Assembly (NCBI RefSeq): GCF_009914755.1
Contig: NC_060927.1
Length of the DNA: 64,000 bases
Direction: 5' to 3' (one strand)
DNA from: the human T2T-CHM13v2.0 reference genome, Homo sapiens
Of this stretch, positions 38,404-52,800 are shown in pieces (the stretch's first letter is position 1; each line of letters begins with the position of its first letter). Under the pieces are notes generated by a model. It had not been told where the DNA came from. It was given only the letters and a program-made list of their open reading frames with translations, and made no database searches. Both the position numbers and the translations under genes were made by a program.

Positions 38404-39910
38404 TGTGTCCAGAATTGGTGGGTTCTTGGTCTCACTGACTTCAAGAATGAAGCCGTGGACCCTTGCGGTGAGTGTTACAGCTCTTAAGGTGGCGCGTCTG
38501 GAGTTTGTTCCTTCTGATGTTCGGGTGTGTTCGGAGTTTCTTTCCTTCTGGCGGGTTCGTGGTCTCGCTGGCTTCAGGAGTGAAGCTGCAGACCTTCGCG
38601 GTGAGTGTTACAGCTCATAAAACAGCGTGGACCCAAAGAGTGAGCAGTAGCAAGATTTATTGCAAAGAGCGAAAGAACAAAGCTTCCACAGTGTGGAAGG
38701 GGACCTGAGCCAGTTGCCACTGCTGGCTCGGGCAGCCTGCTTTTATTCTCTTATCTGGCCCCACCCACATCCTGCTGATTGGTAGAGCCTAGTGGTCTGT
38801 TTTGACAGGGCACTGGTTGGTGCATTTACGATCCCTGAGCTAGACACAAAGGTTCTCCACATCCCCACCAGATTAGCTAGATACTGTGTGTGGACACAAA
38901 GGTTCTCCAAGGCCCCACCAGATTAGCTAGATACTGTGTGTGGACACAAAGGTTCTCCAAGGCCCCACCAGAGTAGCTAGATACAGAGTGTCAATTGGTG
39001 CATTCACAAACCCTGAGCTAGACACAGGGTGCTGTTTGGTGTGTTTACAAACCTTGAGCTAGATACAGAGTGCCAACTGGTGTATTTACAATCCTTGAGC
39101 TAGACATAAAGGTTCTCCAAGGCCCCACCACAGTAGCTAGATACAGAGTGTGGATTGGTGCATTCACAAACCCTGAGCTAGACAAAGGGTGTTGATTGGT
39201 GTATTTACAATCCCTGAGCTAGACATAAAGGTTCTCCACGTCTCCACCAGACTCAGGAGCCCAGCTGGCTTCACCCAGTGGATCCCGCACCGGGGCTGCA
39301 GGTGGGGCTGCAGGTGGAGCTGCCTGCCAGTCCCGCGCCCTGCGCCCTGCGCCCGCACTCCTCAGCCCTTCGGTGGTTGATGGGACTGGGCGCCGTGGAG
39401 CAGGGGGTGGCGCTCGTTGGGGAGGGTCGGCCACACAGGAGCCCATGGAGAGGGTGGGAGGCTCAGGCATGGCGGGCTGCAGGTCCCGAGCCCTGCCCCG
39501 CGGGAAGGCAGCTAAGGCCCGATGAGAAATCTAGCGCAGCGCCGGTGGGCTGGCACTGCTGGGGGACCCAGTACACCCTCCGCAGCCGCTGGCCCGGGTG
39601 CTAAGCCCCTCATTGCCCAGGGCCGGCAGGGCCAGCTGGCTGCTCCGAGTGCGGCCCGCCAAGCCCACGCCCACCCGGAACTCCAGCTGGCCCGAAAGCG
39701 CTGTGTGCAGCCCCGGTTCGCATTCGCACCTCTCTCCCTCCACACCTCCCTGCGAGCCGGCTCTGGCCTTGGCCAGCCCAGAAAGAGGCTCCCACAGTGC
39801 AGCGGTGGGCTGAAGGGCTCCTCAAGTGCCGCCAAAGTGGGAGCCCAGGCAGAGGAGGCACCTAGAGCAAGCGAGGGCTGTGAGGACTGCCAGCACGCTG
39901 TCACCTCTCA
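38404..39910 (-). mobile_element. LTR12C (ERV9) solo LTR, about 1.5 kb
   Basis: Ends TGTGTCCAGAATTGGTGGG... and ...GCTGTCACCTCTCA; 4-bp TSD CTAT; tandem U3 repeats (GAGCTAGACAC/ATTGGTG) at about 38780-39250; GC/CpG-rich 39280-39900. Confidence 0.96.
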
Positions 39911-41299
39911 CTATTGTATGACTTTCTCATTTCAGTTAGAGGATAAAACCATGAGCCCTTTGGAATTGTGATTTTGGTACCACATTTTAAAATGCAGTTT
40001 AGAAATTTGAGTGTACCTATCCCAAACACTGCTGAATTCAAGACTCTCTTCCTCCCAAAGTTTATATATGGACGAGCCTCCTGCAGGCTCCTCAACTGCT
40101 GGTAAGAGAGACTAGTGGTCTCCTCTCCTTTCCTCACCCCCAAGCCTCCCAGATTAGCACTTGTAAAATCACTTCTTATGCTGCAGCAGGCAGGTTGTTC
40201 TGCCAAGAATTGGCTTGTGCTCTGGAGAAAAGAGCCCTATTTTAAGAGATGCCACAGACTGCCCGTTCTGCTGAAGGAGACAGGGGAGTGCTGGGACTTC
40301 CACCTGTCAAAACATGATTTGGAGTTCTTTTGGAAAGTGGAATATGCTCAGAGACCACAAAACCGACTCCCTCCAGACCCTCTTCGTTCTCCAGTTTCAC
40401 TTCATTTCCACATCATTTGGAGCTCCTTAATCCTGGAGGTGAGGCCAAGTAACGTGATGGATGTTAGAAGGGGAAAGGACTAGATTTCCTAATTTAGCAG
40501 TGAAAACCCCAGAAAGAGGAAAGAGAAGCTAGAAAAATATGCTCCCTTGTTGTCAGTAGAGATGAAGGGATTTTAAATGTGGTACTTAGAAGTTGACTGT
40601 TCGAAGATCACACGATTTACCATTTAAGCCTTCTTAGACACTTGAGAGTAAAAGGGAGCACCCTTCATTACACTGGACTGATAGCCATACCAAGGCTATC
40701 CTGGGCAACTGGGCTATGTGGTATCTTAATAGTTAGGTGGCCCCTTTCACTAACAGACAAGCCATCTTTGGTCTATATTTCTAACTTTTTAGTGTCTAGT
40801 GGGCCTGTGACCTACACAGTTGTTACGCTGAATTAGGGAAGTGCAGCTTCATCAGGGACAGTTGCCGTTAAATCCACTGGACTAAAGAGTCCTGTTGGCA
40901 GCTCACACCTCTGTCAGAGACAGCCCAGACCTTAACCTTAAAGTAGGTACATTCAGCTTTCAGAGCACACATGAGTGCTAAAACAATCAGGACTTTTCCT
41001 CGTTGTACACAAGAAAGCAATGAATGTCGAAGTTCCATGCATTCCCTAGGTGCATTCTTTTTGTGTGATTCTTGAACATTCCATTCCAAGAGCCTTTGCA
41101 AAAACCAACACAGGATCTGAAAATGCATGTATGCTGGCTAAACTGTGCTATAAACTCATACCAGTTAGCCAAGTTCAGAAGGCTGGGGCCAAGGGAGCTG
41201 GAAGTATAGCATTGTTCACAGCATTGCATGAGAGAAGATATTTCCATTGCAATACAAAATAACTTTGACTATCTGTGAAGCATATGTGATTCCTTTTAA

Positions 41300-42960
41300 A
41301 AAATTAATTCTAATTATATACAGATTTTTCAAGGTTTTCTAAGAAACTAATTTTACCATATTAAAACAATTGTATTTCTTCCTTCCTTATACATTTCTTT
41401 TCTTTCTCTTGTTTTATTGCCCTGGCTAAAATCTCCAGTGAAAGCTGAATAACATGTTAGTCATCACTAACAACCTTGGAAAGGTCCTGATATTAAGGGA
41501 AATACTGTTACCATTTCACTAGTGTGTGTGAGATTGGCTGTAGGGAGTTTTAAAAGCTCCTTTCCAGAATCAAGAAGTTCTTTTTTATTTCTACATTGCC
41601 AAGAGATTTTAACATGAGTGGATAGTTTTCCTTCTCCCTTAACTTGGTGAATTATATTAATTAGTTTTCTAAAAATTAAACTAACTTGCATTCCTGGCAC
41701 AAACCCAGCTTGGTTGTGTATTGTGTTTTTATACTCTGCTTATATTTATTAATATTTTTGTACCTATGTTCACAGGTGAGATTGACCTATAATTTTCAAA
41801 TCTGTTGCTCTTCTTGGTCAGGTTTTAGTTTTTGGTATTAATGTTACACTATCCCCATAAATTGAGTAAGGCGCTATGCCTTCTTTTCCTGTTTTCTAAA
41901 AAAAGAAAAAAAGTGTATATAAAATTAGATTAGTTGTTCCTTAATTTATAATATTTTATTTTGAGTTGGTTTCTAGTAAGGAACAGGTTCTAGGAATTTG
42001 TTTATCTAACTTTCCAATTAATTTGCAAACTTATTTATAATATCATCTTATTCTCTAAGTGTGTATGCATCTGTCTGCATCTCTAGTATCATACCTGTTA
42101 GTATTTATACCTTCTTTTTTTCTTTTTTAAGATGGGAGTTATCTTTTTCTCTTTTCAAAAAACCAATTTCTGACTTGCTAGATTCTCTCTACTGAATAAT
42201 TGTTTTCTATCCTAACTTCTTTTTTTTTTGCTTCCATCTACTTTCTTTGGGCTTTTTCTACTCTTCTTTGTCTAATTTCTGATGATGGATACCTAGCTTA
42301 TTTATTTTCAGTCTTTCTTCTTTTTTCACTAAATTCTTCTTTATATATCATAGTAACTAGATGTAGTCTTTTTATCATTCAATTCTTTTCTAGTTTGATT
42401 TTTTCTTCGACCTATGTGTTATCTAAAAACACATTTTTAAATTAACAAAATATGAGGTTTTTCTAATTGTCTTTTTGCTATTGATTTCAAACTTTATTGC
42501 ATTGTCCTCAGAGACTGTGGCCTGTATGATACCACTTCTCTGAAATGTATTTAGACTTACCTGCCCATGTTATGGTCAACTTTCCTAAGTATTTCACAGG
42601 TGCCTGAGGAGAATATATATTCATGAATTTTTGAGTACAGTGTCTTATGTATGATCTTTAGATCAAGCTTGATATTGTGCTGCTCAAATCTTCTATATTC
42701 TTCCTCAATTTTTGACTGCTTGTTATATCAATTACTGAAAAAGGCATTTCAAAATCTACCCTAACAATAATTTGTCTCTTTCCTTTTGCAATTGTCTGTT
42801 TATGCTTTATGCATTTTGAGGTCAAGTTATTAGGTACATACAAGTTCAGAATTGCTATATATTTCTTTTTCACTTTGGCTCTCTGCACTGCATTTTGGAT
42901 AATTTGTTTACATCTGTCCTTCGTTTTACTAATTCTGTCAAGTTGTGTTTAATCTGCTAT
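41300..42960 (-). mobile_element. Old L1M (L1MD/ME) ORF2 fragments
   Basis: T-rich; ORF 42658-42888(-) ILNLYVPNN resembles the L1 endonuclease; 41467-41700(-) resembles the RT region. Confidence 0.75.
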
Positions 42961-43009
42961 ATAGCCTATCCTATGTGGTTTTTGCCATTACTTTTAATGA
43001 CAACCTAAC

Positions 43010-43760
43010 AATGTGATGTTATGACATATGTATACAATGTAAAATAATTAAATGAAACTAATTAATATATTCATTACCTCACATACCACTTTTTGTGGTG
43101 AGAACATTTGGAATTTATTCTCTTAGCAATTTTGAAATACAACGTATATTATTAGCTATAGTCAACATGTTGTGTAGTAGATCTCAAAAATGTATTCCCT
43201 CTGTCTAACTGAAACTATGTACCCTTTGACCAACATCTCCCCATGCCCCCATCCCAGCCTCTGCTAACCACCATTCTACTCTCTGCTATTATGAGTTCTA
43301 CTGTTTTATATTCCACGTATGAGCAAGATCATGTACTATTTGTCTTTCTGTGCTGACTTCTTTCACTTAGCATGATGTCCTCCAGGGTCATCCATGTTGT
43401 TGCAAATGACAAAATTCCCTTCTTTTTTAAGGCTGAATAGCATTCATTATGTGTATATACCACATTTTCTTTATCTACTAAATGGCCATTATCAAAAAGA
43501 CAAAAGATAACAAGTGTTGTCAAGGATGTGGAGGAAAGAGAACCCTTGTACACTGTTGTTGAGAATGTAATTTAGTATAGCCATTATGTAAAATTATATG
43601 GAGGTTTCTCAAAAAAACTAAAAATAGAACTACCATGTGATCAGCAATTCCACTTCTGGATCTATGTCCAAGGAATTTGAAATCAGTGTATCAAAGAGAT
43701 AAATGCACTCTCATGTTCATCACAGCATTACTCACAAGAGCCAAGATATGGAATCAGCCT
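43010..43760 (-). mobile_element. L1MA 3' end with 5' inversion (inverted part about 43479-43760 on +)
   Basis: Minus-strand 3'UTR and ORF2 end run to about 43478; the immediately upstream L1 segment then appears on +. Confidence 0.85.
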
Positions 43761-45270
43761 GGCATTTATGAACCTCACCATTGCGGGAGCTGGTGGCTGA
43801 AATCAGTGCTCCCTGCCAGTCTGAGAAGTCTACATTCAATTGATCACATTCAAAATTTCATACACCTGTCTTTTTCATGTAAAGTTTTTCATTAATGGCT
43901 TAATTTATATTTAATTACCCAAAATAATGAACTCCAAGATTATTTATTTTCTGGGCCAGAAATCAACAAATCATCTCTCTAGCATTTAGTGTTCTGTGTG
44001 CTTTTCCTGTGATCATTAGGCATAGAACTCAGGAACTTTATAATTCTCATTAGGGCCTAGTTACCAGATTATTTAAAGCATAAATCTTATTGCTAATTAC
44101 AATGGCTGAGGAAAAACAAAAACAGAAACTAACTTTTTCACCGTCCTGATATGGCTCCTTTAAATGGGCCTCCTAATCATGAAGGAAATGGCATGTGTAA
44201 TGGATACATTTTTCATCTCGATGCTCATGAAGGCAACTGCATTTCTTTTGCAGATAAATTTCGGGAAATGGTCCCATAACTCCTTCTGTAATAAGACACT
44301 TAATAAGATAAAATCAGGTGAAAATCAAGGCTTCTACCCGTAAAATAGGCCAGAATAATATTGGATCATTCGAGTGGGGAGCCAAATTTAAAGAAGCTGA
44401 GCATTATCTTACATTTAACGGACATTTGAGTTTAGCCAAGATTAGAAAACAAAATCTCTTGCTAGCTCATGAGGGAGCTCACAGGAATTTAGTCATTCAT
44501 TCAACACCTATTTAATGAGTGGCTGCTGTGCACTGTATTCCAGAATTAGGGAGTCAGATATGAACAAAACAGGCATAATTCTATGTCTGTGGGGCTCATG
44601 GCCTAGAGAAGGAACAAACAGATTATTGTGTGATTCCAGTCAGGGAATGCTGAAAGTCTAATGCTGTGAGTGGGTCTTCATTCAGACAGTAGGGATGACA
44701 GATGTGGCATTATAGTTCCTCTTGAAGGATTGGGGAGCTGGTTAGACAAAGGTAGATTTGTCAGTGTTGGAGGCCAGAAGGGAAGAAGCACAGTCCTGGA
44801 GGGCCCAATGTGGCTAAGATTGCTTTCTTCCTTATTCTTCCTTCTTCCTTTTTCCCCTTCTCTTCATCTTAATTTCCATCTTCAGTAATAGTAAAGCATA
44901 GTATAGGTGGTAAGGGGCAAAGGGAAGAAGAATACTGAATTATCAGAGAAGAGTCTCTGCCTTTTGGACTCCCTAGATACCAGACCTGGTACACAACATA
45001 GAAAAGCAAATACATCCAGATCTATGCCAAGACAAATAATAATTAAACTTCTAAAGGCTAAAGAAAAAAATTGAAAGCACATAGAAACAATGCATTACTT
45101 ACAGGGAAAGATCAATGAGGGTGACAGCAGAGTTCTCCATCTCAAACCATGGAGGCCAGAAGGAAGTGGCACAATATTTTTTAAGTGCTGAAAGAAAAGC
45201 ATGGTCAACTGTGAATTCCTTATCTGGGGAAACATTCCTTCAGGAAGGAAAGGAATATCAAGACATTCTC

Positions 45271-45584
<314 letters not shown>

Positions 45585-45678
45585 TCAGAAGAAGGAAAAC
45601 TAAAAGTTTGTCATTGGCATAAATATTATATATATATTATATATGTAAAATGTAGAAATATATAATATATAAAATATA

Positions 45679-47365
45679 TAATACACATCTATGTATTATA
45701 TATCGATATATAATACACATCTATGTATTATATATCGATATATAATACACATCTATGTATTATATATCGATAGATAATACACATCTATGTATTATATATC
45801 GATAGATAATACACATCTATGTATTATATATCGATAGATAATACACATCTATGTATTATATATCGATAGATAATACACATCTATGTATTATATATCGATA
45901 GATAATACACATCTATGTATTATATATCGATAGATAATACACATCTATGTATTATATATCGATAGATAATACACATCTATGTATTATATATCGATAGATA
46001 ATACACATCTATGTATTATATATCGATAGATAATACACATCTATGTATTATATATCGATAGATAATACACATCTATGTATTATATATCGATAGATAATAC
46101 ACATCTATGTATTATCTATCGATAGATAATACACATCTATGTATTATCTATCGATAGATAATACACATCTATGTATTATCTATCGATAGATAATACACAT
46201 CTATGTATTATCTATCGATAGATAATACACATCTATGTATTATATATCGATAATACACATCTATGTATTATATATCGATAATACACATCTATGTATTATA
46301 TATCGATAATACACATCTATGTATTATATATCGATAATACACATCTATGTATTATATATCGATAGATAATACACATCTATGTATTATATATCGATAGATA
46401 ATACACATCTATGTATTATATATCGATAGATAATACACATCTATGTATTATATATCGATAGATAATACACATCTATGTATTATATATCGATAGATAATAC
46501 ACATCTATGTATTATATATCGATAGATAATACACATCTATGTATTATATATCGATAGATAATACACATCTATGTATTATATATCGATAGATAATACACAT
46601 CTATGTATTATATATCGATAGATAATACACATCTATGTATTATATATCGATAGATAATACACATCTATGTATTACATATCGATAATACACATCTATGTAT
46701 TACATATCGATAGATAATATCTATGTATTACATATCGATAGAAAATATGTATCTATGTATTACATGTCGATAGATAATATGTATCTATGTGTTACATGTC
46801 GATAGATAATATATATCTATGTGTTACATGTCGATAGATAATATATATCTATGTGTTACATGTCGATAGATAATATATATCTATGTGTTACATGTCGATA
46901 GATAATATATATCTATGTGTTACATGTCGATAGATAATATATATCTATGTGTTACATGTCGATAGATAATATATATCTATGTGTTACATGTCGATAGATA
47001 ATATATATCTATGTGTTACATATCGATAATATATATCTGTGTTATATATCGATAGATAATATGTATCTATGTGTTATATATCGATAGATATATATCTATG
47101 TGTTATATATCCACAGATAATATGTGTCTATGTGTTATATATCCACAGATAATATGTGTCTATGTGTTATATATCCACAGATAATATGTGTCTATGTGTT
47201 ATATATCCACAGATAATATGTGTCTATGTGTTATATATCCACAGATAATATGTGTCTATGTGTTATATATCCACAGATAATATGTGTCTATGTGTTATAT
47301 ATCCACAGATAATATGTGTCTATGTGTTATATATCCACAGATAATATGTGTCTATGTATTATATA
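45679..47365. repeat. AT-rich 32-bp minisatellite (VNTR), about 50 units
   Basis: Main unit ATACACATCTATGTATTATATATCGATAGATA, with 28-bp variants and blocks of diverged units toward the 3' end. Confidence 0.97.
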
Positions 47366-47397
47366 TAATTCACACACACACACATACATATATTTCG

Positions 47398-47688
47398 TTT
47401 TCTTTTTTTGAGATGGAGCCTCACTCTGTCACCCAGGCTGGAGTGCAGTGGCGCGATCTTGGCCCACTGCAACCTCCATCTCCCCGGTCAAGTGATTCTC
47501 CTCCTCAGCCTCCCAAGTAGCTGGGATTACAGGCACCCACCACCGTGCCCAGCTAATTTTTGTATTTTTAGTAGAGACGGGGTTTCATCATGTTGGCAAG
47601 GCTGATCTCGAACTCCTGACTCAGGTGATCTGCCTGCCTCAGCCTCCCAAAGTGCTGGGATTACAGGCATGAACCACTACACCCAGCC
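47398..47688 (-). mobile_element. AluS
   Basis: Full reverse dimer ending ...CACTACACCCAGCC. Confidence 0.93.
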
Positions 47689-49678
47689 AGCAGATATATT
47701 TTTAAAGAGTGGCTAAAGAACTTCCTCAGGGAGGAAATGGTAAAAGAAGGCATCCTGGAGCAGAGCAGCCCCAGCAAGGGAGTACTTAGGAATTAGTGGG
47801 TAAGGAAAGAATCGAAAAAGCTTATAGTGTCCTCAAGAAGGAAGAAGAAAGGAAGGAAGGAAGCAGCAGCAATGGAAGAGTAAAAATATGGGTACATAAA
47901 ATAGACTATCTCTCTCCTCATGAGTTTTATAAATCATATTTGGTAACCGAAACAAAAATTATAACCCCATCTGACATTCAAGACAATCATATGGAAAAGT
48001 GGGAAAGGCAAAGGAACCTAAATGAAAATAAGGTTTTCATACTTCACTCAAAGTGGAAAAATGTACACACAGTACTGTGATAAGGGACAGATATGTGTTA
48101 TAATACCAAGAGCAACCACTACAGAAAGTATATAAAGAAATACAGTAAAAAAAACCCTATGAATAAATTAGGATGGGATCCCAAAAAATGTTTCACCCAC
48201 AGGAAGGCAAGGAAAAGAGAAACAAAGGAATGAGAACTAGAAGAAACAGTAGCAGAAGAAACTGCTAAAGAATTTTCAAAATCTAGGAAAATTCTTACAA
48301 ACTTTTGGAAAGTTCTGCATCTTCCCAGCAGAGCCCCAGTCCAGACTCCATGACAATAACTTCTCACGGTCTGAAAGGTCCTCTCAAACCAGGGTGTTCC
48401 AAAACTACCCAGAAGCAATGGATGTGATTCTGTAAGTAACCTCAGTTACTCTTGGCAGCCACCTGAAAACATACTTAATGAACTTGCTTTTCCCTCTGTA
48501 GAGGCTTCCTTTGGAGGGATGGGAAGACTGTGGTAGAGGGGTTTTCGCACTTCGGGCAGGCTCCTCCAACACAGGAGGGGCCGTAACTCAGCCTAGGAGT
48601 CCAGGTGAGAGCCACCAGGGCAGACCTTGCTGCTCTTCGCCAGGTTTCAGGACATGCGGTGTGAGCTGGCTTTCCTGGCTGCTTAGACACCTGCCTCCTG
48701 CCTCACACTCAGGACCTCTGGTGTTGCAGAAAGAATACCAACCCTATCAGCAGGCATTCCAGGCTTAAATCCTAGCTCAGCCCCTTACTTTCTGTCCTCC
48801 AGTTCCACTATGCATCAGAGATAATGCTGGTTCAGGGAGATGCTGGGAGGAATAAACAAGGTAACCCAGTACCTACTTCAGGGGACCTCTAATGAATGGT
48901 GGGTGCTCCCAATTTCCAGAACTGGGTTCAGAGAAGAGGTTTTGACAGCCATGGCCCCCCACATTCCAGCAGGTAGTACATAGCAGCAAGCGGTTCTCGG
49001 GGTGGGCACTGCGGCTGCTTGGCATTCAGAGCTCTGGGGTAGGAACAAGGGAAGCCAGCGCCATGCCCTATAACCAGGACAATGCTGGGGGTGATTGGGG
49101 AATTCATAATATGCCAGAAGGCATTATCAGTTAGCTCCTCTCATGCCACTGCTACGTGGGCGAACATATTACCACAGCAACTGTTGCTGGACATGAACAA
49201 AGATATGATTGTACCCTTGGAGAGAGGTCCCAAGAAGAAGTGAGGCAAGCAACCCAGTGTGGCTATCATGAGGAAGTGGTGTGGCTGAGTTAGTGTGGAT
49301 TCTGACACCAGCCCCATCTGCCCTTGGACAAAGCTCCAAAACCACACTTTCTCCTCAGTCAGATGAGTGTAACAGTCCCAGCCTCACAGTGCTGTGGATG
49401 AAATTCAGTGAGAGGCACATGCAAGGGGCTCAGCCCTGCCCCTGGCCAGGAGTAAGCACTGATACATGTTACCTATTATTATTGCTGCTGTTGTTATTGT
49501 TATCACTGGGAAGTGAGATGGCTAAGTAGATCAACAGAACAAAGAATACAAACTGAAATGTCTGCTTCAAGAAGGGAGTGTGTTATGAGAGACCAGGCTT
49601 TAGTTCTATTACAGAGGGCATTTATCTAGTGTGAATGTAATAGGTTAAGAAGCCAAAGCAAGAGGGCTAGTCTGTGAT

Positions 49679-49883
49679 CAGTGGCATGGTAGCCAATGTT
49701 TAACTAGTTCTCCAGGGGAAAAGAAAGCTTTGATTTGTAGTGTTTGCCGATTTCCACTATGTAAATACTACTACCTTGTACATTGTTAAGCTGCCAACAT
49801 GTCATCACTGAATACAGAGCTGGGAAAAAATGCACACAGAGAGCTCTCTGGATCCAGAACGAGTCTGCTTCAGCATACCACTG
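49679..49883. mobile_element. MER63-like hAT MITE
   Basis: Termini CAGTGGCATG / CATACCACTG; GATTTGTAGTGTTTGCCGATTTCC core. Confidence 0.65.
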
Positions 49884-52800
49884 ACTGGGTGGAGTGGGGT
49901 GGAGTAGGGTGTTTCCAAGAAACAACAGGAAGATTCAGATTGAAGACTGCACTAGGGATTATCACTTTTTCTGTGACCAGCTGGCAGGTAGGGGTGCCAC
50001 TGCTGGGGCACAAAGATGCCTGTGCCTCACTACACCATTGTCTTGTGTTTGTAAGTGGGGACAGACAGGAGACCCTATGCTATAAAAAGGAGAGGGAGCA
50101 AGACCCAGTCACCAGGAAGGAGGCTGGCAGAAGTGCCAGGCTCTGTGCAGAAAAAGGTGGGCAGCCATGAAGAACAAGACCCAGGCCAAGGGCTGGTTGA
50201 CCTGGGAGCCAATAAGCAGTGATGCTGTGGGAAGACAGCAGGGGTCCCCAAGGCTTTTGGCACCTGCTTTGATTGGCAGCAAGTAGGGGTAGGAGGGGAG
50301 GGGGGACAGATGTTGGAACTCATCAGTCTTTACTAGTCTCCAAACCTCAGAATTTTTTTCTCAGTTGTTCAGATGGTTGTGGTTCTTGGGAACCTGCACT
50401 CCTTATTTTAGTCAGAACTGGCTCAGAACCTAGAGCAGGACTGGAGCTAAGAACATAAGCTGAAGGATCAGTCAATACAACTATGAGGGACAGAGTTGTG
50501 GATCTCTCCATTACTGGGAAACCAGGAATTGTTACCCTAATATATCCTGAATGTTAATCAGCTTTTATTCATTCATCCAGCTGATATTGGCCCAGTGCCT
50601 GCTCTGTGCCAGGTACCATGCTTGAGTTAAAGACACAGACCTGAATAGATGAGGTTCCTACCCTTCAGGACCTCAGAGTCTAGTATGGGAGACAGAAAAC
50701 CATCAGCCCCAACCCTACAGAGCTAGTGCTGGTGCTGGGAGGTCACCCAGCAGGCAGTGCAGAGGCCCTTAGGTATGTGAGCCAGGAAACCAGAGCCCAT
50801 CTCTGTGGCTGGAGCCTGTGGCTGGGAAGAAGTGCAGGGCCCAGCCCCCAGAGGGCTTTCTCAGCCCTGGTAGGGAGTAGGATTATCTTGAGAACAGAGG
50901 ACAGCCATTAGGTATTTTTGGCAGAGGCTGGCATGCTCAGATTCATGTTTTTAAGACAATGGCTCTGGCTGCTGGCTGGAGGCAGGAAGTCAGGAAGGAG
51001 GCCACTGTAGTGATCCATGGCAGGGGATGAGGACTTGGCCTTGGTGGTAACCAGAGGAATGGTAAGACACAGAGAGAGAGAGATCTAGGCATGCAGAGGG
51101 TGTGGGGGAGGGAGGAGTCAGGAGTGATTGCAGCTTGGGCACCTGCGTAGATGCTGGTGTCATTCCCAGGGAGGCGGCCCCAGAAAGTAGCAGCTTACAG
51201 GGCGGATGATGCATGGATGTGAGGGCCTGGAATCCCTCTGGTGTACAGCACACCTAGGACTCCAGCTTTACTGCTATATGACAGGAGACACTAGGTGACA
51301 GGAGAAAGGGTTGGATGGGGAAAGTAGGTATCTGACTGCCAACTTAATCCAAAACTGGACTCTTAGTTATTAAGAAGTATTCAGTCTTTCCTTACTAAGC
51401 ACTTAAGTTTAAGAAGCATTTTTGCTTGCATTGTGTTATTTTAAACTTTCAACTATCCATGAGGTGTGTGGAGCCATTATTTCAATTTTGTACCTGAAGA
51501 AATTGATGCATACAGAGGCTGTTAGAACATCATCCTTTTTCATTTACAACCCTTGAAGCCATCTTTAAGCTTGGCGGCTTTCCATGCAGGTTCTTCCAGG
51601 CATGAGACTGGAGAGTAGTAACATAGCAGTGGAACTGGAGTCCTAGATAGGCTGTGCCTAAATGCTAGAAGTGTTTATTGGATTTGACTGAGACTCAAAA
51701 AAATTAACTCAAGTAATAGCCAAAAACAAACAAAGGCAAAAAGGAGACATGAGACTTTCTAGAATGGTTTTCTGAGGTTTACAGAAATATTATCATAAAG
51801 CTTTTATATGTTTGTTCCAAGGGAAGGGCCTCTCTCTGTTGGATGTTGCTGGCTTATTATATTTTAATGGCCTTGGCAATGGATCGTTCATGCAGAATTG
51901 CATTTGCTTCCTTAAAAACCATTTTCTATAGATTTCTATTTTCTTCTCCAAAATTACGTAGAGGGTCTTTAGGCCAAGGTAAATGTGGATAATGCAAAAG
52001 CCTGTGAGTCTGTTTCAGTGGGAAAAGGTCAAGCAAAGTCACACCCTACACTGCATATACCTCTACTAATAATATAAAAGTGCTTCTCTCAATTCTTTTA
52101 TTTATGACCTTGGGAAAGTCTCTCTTATGAGTTATTGTATCTAGTGTGGTGTTACTGGATGCTGAAAAACACTTCATGAATACTTCTTGCATTCAAAATT
52201 TCATCAAGAATAATCAACATGTTCAGTTTTATTTCTGTTCATTTTTTCTTGCATGGTGAGCTTTGAGACCTTGTACAAAATCCCTGATCTTTCTGGGCCT
52301 CATCTGTGAAGATTATGATGATCACGGAGCCCTGTGACACATTCCTCAGAGATCCAGGTGCTGGCTGGTGAGGAGCTGGACAGGTGCTCTGTGCTGAAAT
52401 TCACCAAAGTTGTGAAGGGTATGATTGTGTTCAGGCATTCCATGCCCTTGGAATTGGAGAGCATTAGGACTCCCTAAGACAGTTGGGGAAAAGAGGAAAG
52501 GAAGGGGCAGTGGGGGAGTTTGTCTTTGCATATGACAAGTGACCATCTGGTGTGGGGTGTGAGGCTCAAGTCCTTGAAAAAACCCTCGTTCCTTGTTGGC
52601 CAGCTAGATTTTTACCTATCATCATTTCTGCTGAAGGATGGCTACTAGCCTCTAAGAGCAAGTCAGCTGGAAGCATTACAGCATAGGGTTCAGTTTTAAG
52701 AAAGGAAACCCTAACTCAGATGAACAGCTTCATTCACTTTTAACTGATAGTCTAACAAACCTCCTGGCTTATGCGTTTCTCTGTCCAGGGCTATTTCAGA

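Noticed and set aside
38780-39250. Tandem ~40-80 bp repeats
   Set aside because: Normal ERV9/LTR12 U3 enhancer repeats.
39164-39971. Cluster of overlapping GC-rich ORFs and an apparent CpG island
   Set aside because: Entirely LTR12C U3 sequence; open frames result from GC richness.
45679-47365. Possible CRISPR-like array (32-bp palindromic repeats)
   Set aside because: Units are head-to-tail with no unique spacers, there are no cas genes, and the context is a human intron.
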